A stretch of DNA of 64,000 nucleotides from Ruminiclostridium sp. (GCA_031549645.1 JAVBPL010000067.1:8336-72335); one strand, 5' to 3'. Positions 28,801-37,309 are shown, counted from the first letter of the stretch. Made by a program: numbers and translations. The notes: generated by a model from the sequence alone, not told the origin.

Positions 28801-30985
28801 TTTATATGCTAAGTATTACGCGCTGGAGGTACCGACCGTTAAATCGGACCTTAACGACTTAATTAATATCGTTTCACTTAAGCTTGCAGCGGCAAGTGAA
28901 GGTAAATGGGAGGGACAATATCCGGCAGGCTCTAAAGCAACGCTTAAGGCTGTTCTTGACTCTGCGGTTATAATAAGGGACTTAAGGCTTTCAACTCAAA
29001 GCGAGGTTGATACGTCGTTTACTGAGCTTAAAAATGCATATGATTTATTCGAAAGCTTAGTGAGCGATATTCCGATACCATGGACCTTTGTTCACGAAAT
29101 CAAGTCAAGCGAAAAAACAACAGTAGACCTCGTTGACTGGATGACAGAGAGCGAAATATACTTCTGGGGCAACGATGCTCAGGAAAGATATGACTCCAGC
29201 CATATTAAGCAGGACTTCGCAGGAAGCGATGCCGATAGTCCACGCTCAGAACCTTTATATGGACCTGCAAATGCATCGGGCGGACGTGGGCACAACAACG
29301 CACATATAACAAAAACACATATTGGTGAGTGGATACGTTATGAGCTTGACGTAGAGAGTGCGGGTATGTATAAGGTATCAATCGGTGCCGCTAACAGCAC
29401 GGCAGCCGACCAGAAAATTCTCATTAGGGATACTGAGCATCATGTTTTAGGCACCTTTGTAATACCCGCAAATTCCACACTCCCCGCTGACGGCTGGGAT
29501 AACGCAGCTATTATTGGAGCTGATAAGGAAATCTATCTGCCTAAGGGTAGCTATGTAATCGAGCTATTCTTCGTAAACGACGGAATTCCTGTTAGCACAA
29601 GAGACAACAATCTTTACCCCAACGGAGCAGAAATTGACATTCTGACCTTCGAACGCACCGGTGACGGAACCGCTCCTGTTTACACAAAGGATAAGTCTAT
29701 TTACGCTCTGCCCACTCCGAATACCGCAGCAGGTGCCGCAAATCGTCAAAGAGGCTGGGGAAGCGAGGGCTATGAGGACGAATGGGGCATGATAGCATCT
29801 GGAATTAGCCTCGATATATGGATGGCGGCAACTCAGCTTGTACTTGAGATGCCCGACAAGCCAGCAAGCACCAACCTTCAAATTCAACTCGTAACCGACT
29901 CTGATGATTATTACTGGAACCAGACCGAGGGCTTTGATTTTAATAAGATGTATGCCGACGGAAAGCTGACCTTCGATTTTGCTGATTTAAAGGGCTTTGA
30001 TGCATTCCGTGCAACAAAGGAAGAATGTAGATTAATAATCAGCTATTACGGTAACGGCTTTGATGAGCTTAATATTATGAACGCATATCTTGTTCTTGAC
30101 TTGTCACTGCTTAAAAATCCGTGCTCGTTAGGTCATACACCAAAGACCGATAACTGCACTGTATGCAGCGAATGTGGAGACACCACACTACCAAGAAGCT
30201 GTACAGAAAGCACACCTTGTACATTCCATAAGCCTAGCGAAAATAACCCAGGTACAAGCGGCGGAGGAACATATATTCCTACAAACACAGTTAGTGATAA
30301 TAATAAGGCCGAACCCGACACAGCCGACGATGATATCGAGTTCGACGACGATATTGATGATGATATTGACGACGGTAATGAAATCGGTAATGCATTAGAA
30401 GACGATGAGCCTTATATCATTATTTCAGATGATGAGGATACCATATTAAGTGCCGATACCTTAAAGCAGATTAGAAAGAGCGGCAAAACAATCACAATCG
30501 AGCTGCCAAATGGAGTTAAAGTGACAATTGATGGCTCAACTATTTCGAAGAATGCCACTTCACTTGACCTTAATATGGAGGTATTATTTGGAAACGAGAT
30601 TCAATTAATCGGGGACGTTCAGATACCCGAAAACGCTATCATAATCTCGCCAAGCGCACATGGTAAGTTTGGGCTGGAGCTATCAATCGAAATAAGTGCA
30701 GAAATGCTCTTAGAAGCAGGACTTGACCCGAATAACACCAGTCTATTCTATATTGATGATGATGGCATGGTAACAGACCTAGGCAAGGTAACAGTAAATG
30801 CTGACGGCTCTGTAACGATTAAGCTTACACACGCTTCAAGCTATGTACTTGCCGAGTCAATGCAAGCTGGGGCTTCGGAAGATGTCAAGGACGAAAACCC
30901 AAAAACCTCAGTAACAATCGGCTTTACAGGATTACTTCTCGCAGGTGGTGCAGCAGTAATACTCCGCAAGAAAAAAACTAAGTAA
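25835..30985 (+). CDS. large cell-surface metallophosphoesterase (purple acid phosphatase-like): 3 unknown N-terminal repeats, FN3, Metallophos, FIVAR-like helices, CBM6/35-like module, Cys/His motif, NPKT sorting signal
   Basis: Signal peptide; DPQ, GDQ, GNHD, HH, GHDH motifs; GEWIRY; C-terminal ENPKTS-hydrophobic-RKKK; RBS GAGGAGG. Confidence 0.82.
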   Translation: MSKKRISALLMAAVMAASYVLPQTVSAAAPGGSDSVNLEWQINGSDVNVSRIGTDSHLLKLEGLNFGSKKIPTSDGVLNIIYDSRGQNSTRQYSVWTDLSGDGSEISDYSFASPANRDAGKFVTSKDYSSGTPSISIDIPNELLYNGTDIATTLYVLIHTYNPASDLPANQRGGGTNLEFDRFNKISLTGTLTGSKWGINNGDTDVSRVGTDNHVIKLSNLDFGPNNIPSSGGLLELNYDSRGQNSTRQYSVWTDLSGDSSDINDYSFASPANRDDGKIVTSKDYASGTATVGIEIPLELLYDGVNTASEIYVNLHVYNPASDLPDNQRGGGTKLEFDRLDNITLTDVSLDKQYSWGLNPDTADVTRTGTDSHVIKLENIGITRADIPFILESPAITLDIMYGSSGQNSTRQYSVWTDLSGDASEVGDYTFASPANRDAGKLVTSKDYSAGTPLVSIDIPKELIYDGTNIASEIYVTIHVYNPASDLPDNQRGGGTKLEFDRLNKIALNIPCLSEIILTEDTFTHITLTPGADPSMMGFAWFTEKGTTSTSAVQVTAKANLVDGKMPDGASKFYGTNGTGTSQYDTNKATATGLVKNTEYAYRVGDSNNWSNVYTFKTYDQDGKYNVIVVADPQISAEDDYIVWKDTVAKAVAKAGGASFLMSAGDQANYSNDLAGMEDYLSPRELLNLPVMAAVGNHDNDFKNGLEEVALLSLLYNWPNYDDLTDKTTDLARIVGGGDYYFSYGNTLYITINSFADNRTVDIHRTFMEEAIASHPDAVWKVVLFHHDIYGVGDHAGIGYGDSAAMQATWSPFLDEFGIDIAFNGHDHIYARSMFMKNNEIMKYQMPAVLDVNENSIYKENAGVYIQPDGIQYMALATAGTKFYNPEMQPWVAYTPGRLDVPEYTIMSIDGDSLTITTYRTDTNKQTDSITIRKKALFSDLQSLISGSESLTRGDTTDASWNAFQNQIITAKAVSSSASAADIHQAYLDLYAKYYALEVPTVKSDLNDLINIVSLKLAAASEGKWEGQYPAGSKATLKAVLDSAVIIRDLRLSTQSEVDTSFTELKNAYDLFESLVSDIPIPWTFVHEIKSSEKTTVDLVDWMTESEIYFWGNDAQERYDSSHIKQDFAGSDADSPRSEPLYGPANASGGRGHNNAHITKTHIGEWIRYELDVESAGMYKVSIGAANSTAADQKILIRDTEHHVLGTFVIPANSTLPADGWDNAAIIGADKEIYLPKGSYVIELFFVNDGIPVSTRDNNLYPNGAEIDILTFERTGDGTAPVYTKDKSIYALPTPNTAAGAANRQRGWGSEGYEDEWGMIASGISLDIWMAATQLVLEMPDKPASTNLQIQLVTDSDDYYWNQTEGFDFNKMYADGKLTFDFADLKGFDAFRATKEECRLIISYYGNGFDELNIMNAYLVLDLSLLKNPCSLGHTPKTDNCTVCSECGDTTLPRSCTESTPCTFHKPSENNPGTSGGGTYIPTNTVSDNNKAEPDTADDDIEFDDDIDDDIDDGNEIGNALEDDEPYIIISDDEDTILSADTLKQIRKSGKTITIELPNGVKVTIDGSTISKNATSLDLNMEVLFGNEIQLIGDVQIPENAIIISPSAHGKFGLELSIEISAEMLLEAGLDPNNTSLFYIDDDGMVTDLGKVTVNADGSVTIKLTHASSYVLAESMQAGASEDVKDENPKTSVTIGFTGLLLAGGAAVILRKKKTK
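25952..27360 (+). repeat. three tandem ~157-aa domain repeats
   Basis: Trp codons starting each unit at 25952, 26423 and 26900; shared GQNSTRQYSVWTDLSGD, FASPANRD and YNPASDLPxNQRGGGT. Confidence 0.92.
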
Positions 30986-30999
30986 AGAATAAATAAAGC

Positions 31000-31031
31000 C
31001 CCGCTGATTTTTAAATCAGCGGGACCTTTTT
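31000..31031. terminator. terminator between convergent genes
   Basis: CCCGCTGATTT/AAATCAGCGGG inverted repeat followed by T-run. Confidence 0.78.
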
Positions 31032-31044
31032 GTTATATATGTTG

Positions 31045-31398
31045 TCAAGTTGTTGCGCCGAGACCGAAGCTTACGCTTAATGCGCTGTCGACTTTATTCA
31101 TAGCACCTGGGTCCAGCTCGCCCATACGTTCCTTAAGACGTTTTTTGTCAAGGGTTCTCACCTGCTCAAGGAGGACTACGGAGTTTTTCGCAAGTCCGCA
31201 GTTCATCGAGTTTATTGCTATGTGAGTGGGGAGCTTAGACTTTTCCTTTTGGCTGGTTATAGCAGCGGCAATAACTGTCGGGCTATGCTTATTGCCGACA
31301 TCATTTTGAACTATCAAAACCGGACGCATACCACCCTGTTCGGAGCCGATAACAGGGCTAAGATCGGCATAATAAATTTCTCCACGCTTAATGTACAT
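31045..31398 (-). CDS. mazF: MazF/PemK endoribonuclease (EndoA/NdoA-like), no adjacent antitoxin
   Basis: [47 protein letters not shown]. Confidence 0.92.
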   Translation of the reverse strand: MYIKRGEIYYADLSPVIGSEQGGMRPVLIVQNDVGNKHSPTVIAAAITSQKEKSKLPTHIAINSMNCGLAKNSVVLLEQVRTLDKKRLKERMGELDPGAMNKVDSALSVSFGLGATT

Positions 31399-31506
31399 AT
31401 CTTATTTCCTTTCCTGTAATTTATTACGGTGATTTACCGTTATTTTTATTTTTAACAGCCGAACATGATTTATACAAAATCATGCTATTATATTTTATTA
31501 TTTTGA

Positions 31507-31534
31507 TTGACAAATGTGCATATTTCTATATAAT
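31507..31534 (+). promoter_or_regulatory. sigma-A promoter for the SGNH lipoprotein gene
   Basis: TTGACA(31507-31512)-16-TATAAT(31529-31534). Confidence 0.75.
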
Positions 31535-31537
31535 AAA

Positions 31538-31560
31538 GTAGGGGCGAACAATGTTCGCCC
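31538..31560 (+). repeat. GTAG-type REP element
   Basis: GTAG-GGGCGAAC-AAT-GTTCGCCC; same family as copies inside the RAYT gene. Confidence 0.82.
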
Positions 31561-31586
31561 GATTTTTCAAGATGAAAGGAAAAAAT

Positions 31587-32858
31587 ATGAAAAAAATAAT
31601 ATCAGCACTACTGGCATCAGTTTTACTTTTAAGCTTACTTGTAGCCTGTGGGGAGACGGAAAAAACTCCCGAAACAGAAACCAAAACCGAAACTGAAAAA
31701 ATAACAGAGACCGAAAAAATTACGGAGACAACTAAGGTGGAAGAAAAAAAGGATTATGCCAGCTTAACCGATGAAGAACTGATAACCGAGCTTACCGAAT
31801 TATCACTCGTTGACACAGGGAACACCGCAAGACTAAAAGCCGTGTTCGAAAAGGCGGCAAACGGCGAGGAAATTACTATCGGCTACATCGGCGGCTCGAT
31901 AACAGAGGGTATGACCTCAGGTCCCGAAAAGTGCTGGGCAAAGCTGCTTTACAATAAGCTTTCCGAGCATTTCCCGAATACTAAGGTAAATTATGTCAAC
32001 GCAGGGCTAAGCGGTACACCATCAATTCTCGGCGTAATCAGAGCAGAGCGTGATTTATTAGGCACCACCGATGATACTAAGCCTATACCCGACATAATTT
32101 TCATCGAATTTGCCGTAAATGACGGGCAAGAGACACTATATAAGCAGGCGTATGAAAGTCTGGTGAGACGTTTTCTTGAGCTGCCGAACGAGCCTGCTGT
32201 AATGCTTCTCATGACAGTCCTCAAGAACGGTTATTCAGCCGAAAATCACATGATAGAAATTGGAAATCATTACAGCTTACCCATGCTTGCGCTCAAGCGG
32301 TCGCTTGAGCTTATGTTCGAGGCGGGAAGGATAACCTGGGAGACCTATTCCGACGATGAGTCCCACCCGAACGACTGGGGACACGATACTGTTTCCGAGA
32401 TTATCTGGAATAATATGCTAAAAATCGCAGCGATAGAGAGCGAGCCTGTGAAAATTCCGACTGACGATGTTTTCGGAGCGTATTTCACCGAAATTAAGCT
32501 AACCGACAGCCAAAACCTTGATGTCGCATCTCTCGGCAGCTTTGAAAAAAAACAGCTCCTAGCCTCATTTCCGAACAGCTGGATATACAAGAGCGGTAGT
32601 GAGTCATTTGTTTTTGAAATTGAGGCTAAACAGCTTTTCTTAGTTTATTTTGCCCAGAACAACGAACGTTATGGTTCAGTTCAGGTGGTAATTGATGGCG
32701 AAAATACAGCGGCAATAAATTCAAACCGCACCGACGGTTGGGGAAATCCCGTAGCAGAGCTGATATTTAATAATGATAAAGCGGAGAAGCACACGGTGGA
32801 AATTAAGCCTAATGATGATGGTTATTTTGGGATATTGGCTTTTGGGTATGCGGAGTAA
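31587..32858 (+). CDS. SGNH/GDSL hydrolase lipoprotein
   Basis: Lipobox LVAC, ETEK-repeat linker, GGSIT block I, EFAVND block III, DESHP block V. Confidence 0.82.
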   Translation: MKKIISALLASVLLLSLLVACGETEKTPETETKTETEKITETEKITETTKVEEKKDYASLTDEELITELTELSLVDTGNTARLKAVFEKAANGEEITIGYIGGSITEGMTSGPEKCWAKLLYNKLSEHFPNTKVNYVNAGLSGTPSILGVIRAERDLLGTTDDTKPIPDIIFIEFAVNDGQETLYKQAYESLVRRFLELPNEPAVMLLMTVLKNGYSAENHMIEIGNHYSLPMLALKRSLELMFEAGRITWETYSDDESHPNDWGHDTVSEIIWNNMLKIAAIESEPVKIPTDDVFGAYFTEIKLTDSQNLDVASLGSFEKKQLLASFPNSWIYKSGSESFVFEIEAKQLFLVYFAQNNERYGSVQVVIDGENTAAINSNRTDGWGNPVAELIFNNDKAEKHTVEIKPNDDGYFGILAFGYAE

Positions 32859-32869
32859 ATAGAATTTTC

Positions 32870-32894
32870 GGGCAATCGTCCCCGATTGCCCTAA
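32870..32894 (-). repeat. REP-like palindrome upstream of RAYT
   Basis: GGGCAATCG-TCCC-CGATTGCCC 9-bp stem; minus strand reads TTAG-GGCAATCG; no U-tract on either strand. Confidence 0.5.
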
Positions 32895-33036
32895 ATGTAT
32901 TAAAATAACGAGGAAACACATGGAAAAATTACCTACCAGAAAGAAAAACCGCTTAGAAGGATATGATTATAGTCAAAACGGTGCATATTTTGTTACAATT
33001 TGCGTAAAAAATAGGCACGAATTGTTAGGTAAAATC

Positions 33037-33108
33037 ATAGGGGCAGAACCCAGTTCGCCCCATTTTAAAGGTAGATGTTATTCTGTAGGGGCGGAACCCA
33101 GTTCGCCC
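33037..33108 (+). repeat. two direct REP copies (24-nt variants) inside RAYT
   Basis: ATAGGGGCAGAACCCAGTTCGCCC (33037-33060) and GTAGGGGCGGAACCCAGTTCGCCC (33085-33108), 48 nt apart. Confidence 0.85.
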
Positions 33109-33250
33109 GAAAATCATGCAATTATCAGAAATCGGACAGGTTGTCAATACGGTAATAAATAATATCCCAATAATATATGAATGTGCCGAAATTGATAAAT
33201 ATGTAATTATGCCAAACCACATACACATCATTTTATTGATAAAAAACGAC

Positions 33251-33273
33251 GGGCGAACAGTGTTCGCCCCTAC
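33251..33273 (-). repeat. inverted REP copy inside RAYT, read through in frame
   Basis: Minus strand GTAGGGGCGAACACTGTTCGCCC; encodes GRTVFAPT on the plus strand. Confidence 0.85.
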
Positions 33274-33458
33274 ATTATCACGTGTAATCAAACAATTTAA
33301 GGCACACATAACCAAACAATTGGGTTATTCCATTTGGCAAAAATCATTTCACGACCACATAATCAGAAACGGAAATGAATATGTAAAAATCTGGCAATAC
33401 ATAGATGAAAACCCGCTCAAATGGAACGAGGATTGTTATTTTCCTATATAAATCAAAT

Positions 33459-33489
33459 CACGCCGCTCCATTCGGAGCGGCGTGGTTTT
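33459..33489. terminator. terminator between convergent genes
   Basis: CACGCCGCTCC-ATTC-GGAGCGGCGTG followed by GTTTT. Confidence 0.8.
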
Positions 33490-33514
33490 GGGGGGTATAG
33501 ATTATATAACGGGG

Positions 33515-36500
33515 TTATGCTGAGGGATTTTGAGCGATGTTTAGTGTTGTCACTGCTACACCATAACGGCTTGCAGTAGCCACTGAATATGTAAGTGTAT
33601 ATCCAGCATCGTCATAAATTGTGGGGTAGAAGCCGAGTTCACCCTGTGCATTCTCTGCCTTAGTGAAACCGTATGAAGTCGATACTACACTACCCTTTGT
33701 TACTAACTTTTTCGTAAAGAATACGGTAGTGGCATCAAATGTTGCTCCAGTCGCAGAATACTTAAGGAGAAGCATGTGATTCCATGTGCCATCTGCACGA
33801 CGGCTATTCCATGTCACATTATACGAAGCACCACTATCAGCTACTGTCGTGAAACCAGTGTTAGCTGCTCTAACTGTATCTAATGCCATATCTGACATAG
33901 CAGGTAGAGTAATTGTGACAGTTCGATCATCATAACCTGTTGCTTTAATAGTAAATACAAGTTTATTATCTGCATTTGGCTTTTCCAGTGCGATTAGAAG
34001 CATTGCAATTCTAAACTTAGCTGCTTCAACCTCATAAAGATTTACATCAAATTTTCTGTCTGCACCAACACTTAATTTGAAGGCATCTTTACTTAAAGCT
34101 GTGCCGCCTAATTCTACACTAGAGATTGCGTTTATATACGTTGAGTCGAAGGTTCCAGCTACATCAAAGTACCACAAATCCTTGTTGTCAAATGTTTTGT
34201 TAAAGTTAGCACTATTCTGGTCAACTGCGTAATATGCCTCCATAAAGCCTGTCGACTTACTCGTAATTTCATCTGCCGTAAGGGTTAAAGCGTAGATTGG
34301 TGTAACGGTGATTTCTTTATCGGTTCCCGCTGAGTAAGTATCTGTCGCTGCTACTCTTACCTTAACCTTTGTTGAGGTTGTTACGCCACTTAATCCGCTG
34401 ATTGTTGCAGTGCCGTCTGCTGCAACCGTAAGGGTTGCATATTCTGCATAAGTAGAACCATCAATCGCAACTGCTGCTTCTAGTCCTGCCGCACTTGCTG
34501 CAAGACATGATAAATTAATTGTTGTTGCTGCTACTGGGAATGTTCCTGTAAAATCCTCAGATATAGCTGCTGGAGCTACTCCCTTGTTAACTGTGATTGT
34601 TGATGTAACCTCAGCACCTGCTTCGTGAGTTGCGGTAGCTGCTGTTACTACACTAATCTTGAAATTGCCGGCCTTGGTAATTGTTAACGCTGTATCTGAT
34701 ATTGAACCAGTACCGGTGGTTTCTGCGCCTGCTACAATTGCATAAGTAGCTGCGCCTGCATTTGTATCTAGTGTGAATAATGCAGAGACATCAATTGTGC
34801 TTCCTGCATAAGTAAAGGTTGTATCAGCTGCACTCTTTACGTTAGTTACTGGGGTAAGTGGTGCTGCTGCTGTCGCTGGGAATTCAACTGTAAATACTAG
34901 TGTTGTTCCGTTGTTGCTTACCCATACTGGTGCTTCTGCCCCTGTTACTGTAAATTCTGCTATAGTATCTGTGTCAGTAAATCCGCCTGTGAATGTATAT
35001 CCTGTTGCTGCTGTTAATGTGATTGTTGCTGTATATGTTGTACTTGCAGCAAATTCTGAAGGAGTTCCATTCCATGAAACTGCCCCTGTGAAGCCTGTTC
35101 CTGCTGTTGTTGTAGTTACTGGTGTTGCACCTGTTACTGGTGCTGTTACACCTGCTACTGCTGCTGCTGTTACTAATGTATCTGTTGCTGCATCAACGGT
35201 AATTGTGAAATCCTGAGTGTAATTTGAAGATGCTGTAAGTCCGTTTGCTATCGTAGCAGTTACTGTTACTGTTCCTGCTGCTGTTGTGCTGAGGGTTGAA
35301 CCAGAAATTGTTGCTCCAGTTGTTCCTGCTGACTTTACAGACCATACGATAGTCTGGTTTGTTGCATCTGCGGGAGCTACTGTACCAGAAAGTGTAAGAG
35401 GAGTTTCTGCTGTTGCAGTTGTTGCTACGCCAGTAATTCCTGTTACTGCCTTGAATGCTACTGGATCATATCCGCAAACACTACAAGCTCCGCCTGCACC
35501 ACTTGTGTCATGTGCTCCAGCTGCTACTAATGTCTTAGAACATACTGTACAAGCACTTGCCTTAGCACAATCTGTTGCGTGTGCATTGTCAGAAGTATGT
35601 GTTCCAGCTGCTATTAATGTCTTAGAACATACTGTACAAGCACTTGCCTTAGCACAATCTGTTGCGTGTGCGTTGTCTGATTTATGGTCAGCCGCGGCTG
35701 CGGTTATTTCGTCACAATCGTCACATACTGTCCAGTGACCTGAAGCATCGGACTTTACTGTGACATCGTCATGCTCGCAAGCAACTGCTGCCGCCTCGAT
35801 AACAATATCAAATGTATCGGTGAAATCGAGGAAAGTAACAGTAATCGTCTGCTTTGCCGCAGGTTTGCTGCTGTCAAAGCCAGTTATTTCCATAGAATTG
35901 ATATCAAGAGGAGCAACTGATTTATTGCTATGGATAGCAATTATCTCCATTCCGTGAATATCGAGTTTGTCACCTACTGTATATATATACTTCGCAGGTA
36001 AAGACGTAATCTTAATACCTGTGAGCCATACTGTCCACTGTGCATATACTGTGATATTCGCAGTTACTGCTGTATCTGCTGTGAATTCTGTACCTGTGCC
36101 ATCTGCCTTAGTATTCCAGCCGATAAATAAATAACCTTCATTATCAGGGTTCTGTTCGTCGGTCGGAAGTGTAGCCTTACCGCCGCTGGTTATACCTGTC
36201 TGCGACACCTTTGTTCCCGCTGTACCGCCGTTTGCATCGAATGTAACAGTGTATGTGGCGGGAGTTACAGGTGTTACAGGAGTCTCTGGAGTAGAAGGTG
36301 TCGAGGGTGTAGAAGGAGTTTCAGTTGCTGGAGTCTCGGTCTTAACCTCTGTATCAACCTTTACCTCTGCCTTCTCATCTGCTATTATTTTACCTGTGCC
36401 CTCAATCTTGCCGTCTCCGTCAAGCTTTGCGGTTCCGGAAAGGTTCATGGTACCATCGATTGTTACGTCTGAACCCTTTTCGATTGTGATAGTTCCGTTT

Positions 36501-37309
36501 GCGGTTACTGTTGCGCTCTTGTCAACTGTAAGCTCGCCGTCAACTACTAAATCGCCGTTCTTGCTTACGCTTAAAGCACCTGAGATTTCAACGTTTGACT
36601 TTTCGCCAAGGTCGAGCTCGCCTGAAACCTTCAGCTTCGATGTCTCAGAAGTGGTTACTTTACCGTCAAGCTCGGCTTTACCCGAATTTGTTACAGACAT
36701 AGTTCCTGCAACTCTTACGCTTGAACCCTCGGCAGCTGTGAAGCTTCCTGTGATTTTCGTAACAGCGCTGTTTGTCTGTGCAAAAGTTCCTGCCACTTCA
36801 ACCGCTGCACCTTTATAAATGTTAAGTGCACCAGAAATCTTAGTGTTAGAACCCTCTTCGGTGTTTAGAGTACCCTTTACATCAAGTACTGCCGAGGTAG
36901 AAGCCTTGAGCTCACCTGCAACGTTTGCTGTACCTGATTTAGATGTGGTAAGCTTACCTGAAATATTTAATGCTGCTTTTGCATCAACATTAATTTCGCC
37001 GCTTATAGTAAGCTTTGCGTTTTTCTTTACTGTTAAAGTTGCACCATCTGCAACTGTTAGGGTTACGCCCTTCGGAATTGTCAGATTTTTAGAAATCTTA
37101 ATATTTCCCTTAATTATGTAATTTTTTCCCGCTCCCATCGGGGTTTTTCCATCCCATACTATTGCTTCATCGGAAGCAGTAGCGGTAATGCTGCTCTTTT
37201 TTGAGGAAGAGCCTGTTTCCGCTGCGCCGCTTGCAAACAGCGAGGTTGAGATAGCTGCCAGTGAAATTGCCGCTGCCAGAATAGCTGACAAGATGCGTTT
37301 GGATTTCAT
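33515..37309 (-). CDS. large secreted/surface protein: 14-aa beta-solenoid repeats, PT linker, InlB B-repeat (Flg_new), Big_3, Cys/His repeats, Big_2 and further Ig-like domains
   Basis: Signal peptide; YTVTFDANGG...FIGWNTKADGTG...VYAQW; LPAKYIYTVGDKLD; VAPADATNQTIVWSV. Confidence 0.78.
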   Translation of the reverse strand: MKSKRILSAILAAAISLAAISTSLFASGAAETGSSSKKSSITATASDEAIVWDGKTPMGAGKNYIIKGNIKISKNLTIPKGVTLTVADGATLTVKKNAKLTISGEINVDAKAALNISGKLTTSKSGTANVAGELKASTSAVLDVKGTLNTEEGSNTKISGALNIYKGAAVEVAGTFAQTNSAVTKITGSFTAAEGSSVRVAGTMSVTNSGKAELDGKVTTSETSKLKVSGELDLGEKSNVEISGALSVSKNGDLVVDGELTVDKSATVTANGTITIEKGSDVTIDGTMNLSGTAKLDGDGKIEGTGKIIADEKAEVKVDTEVKTETPATETPSTPSTPSTPETPVTPVTPATYTVTFDANGGTAGTKVSQTGITSGGKATLPTDEQNPDNEGYLFIGWNTKADGTGTEFTADTAVTANITVYAQWTVWLTGIKITSLPAKYIYTVGDKLDIHGMEIIAIHSNKSVAPLDINSMEITGFDSSKPAAKQTITVTFLDFTDTFDIVIEAAAVACEHDDVTVKSDASGHWTVCDDCDEITAAAADHKSDNAHATDCAKASACTVCSKTLIAAGTHTSDNAHATDCAKASACTVCSKTLVAAGAHDTSGAGGACSVCGYDPVAFKAVTGITGVATTATAETPLTLSGTVAPADATNQTIVWSVKSAGTTGATISGSTLSTTAAGTVTVTATIANGLTASSNYTQDFTITVDAATDTLVTAAAVAGVTAPVTGATPVTTTTAGTGFTGAVSWNGTPSEFAASTTYTATITLTAATGYTFTGGFTDTDTIAEFTVTGAEAPVWVSNNGTTLVFTVEFPATAAAPLTPVTNVKSAADTTFTYAGSTIDVSALFTLDTNAGAATYAIVAGAETTGTGSISDTALTITKAGNFKISVVTAATATHEAGAEVTSTITVNKGVAPAAISEDFTGTFPVAATTINLSCLAASAAGLEAAVAIDGSTYAEYATLTVAADGTATISGLSGVTTSTKVKVRVAATDTYSAGTDKEITVTPIYALTLTADEITSKSTGFMEAYYAVDQNSANFNKTFDNKDLWYFDVAGTFDSTYINAISSVELGGTALSKDAFKLSVGADRKFDVNLYEVEAAKFRIAMLLIALEKPNADNKLVFTIKATGYDDRTVTITLPAMSDMALDTVRAANTGFTTVADSGASYNVTWNSRRADGTWNHMLLLKYSATGATFDATTVFFTKKLVTKGSVVSTSYGFTKAENAQGELGFYPTIYDDAGYTLTYSVATASRYGVAVTTLNIAQNPSA
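35510..35690 (-). repeat. 87-bp near-identical tandem duplication (29-aa His/Cys motif)
   Basis: SDNAHATDCAKASACTVCSKTL(I/V)AAG twice; DNA period 87 nt. Confidence 0.92.

Larger units (their letters stand above)
32920..33451 (+). pseudogene. REP-associated tyrosine transposase (RAYT, IS200/IS605 Y1 family), split by a +1 frameshift
   Basis: ORF1 32920-33162 has RLEGYDYS/YFVTIC; ORF2 33116-33451 has MPNHIH (HUH), WQKSFHDHIIR and YIDENP; the two are in different frames. Confidence 0.85.

Noticed and set aside
30320-30440. GACGATGATAT-like short repeats
   Set aside because: Encode the acidic Asp-rich linker of the phosphoesterase; low-complexity coding sequence.
33037-33273. Mini CRISPR array
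   Set aside because: Only two direct copies plus one inverted copy, inside a transposase gene, with no cas genes; REP interpretation fits better.
34911-37121. Several long plus-strand ORFs (34911-35216, 35286-35738, 36249-36818, 36819-37121)
   Set aside because: Antisense shadows of the Thr/Ala/Val-rich surface protein; no RBS or recognisable motifs.
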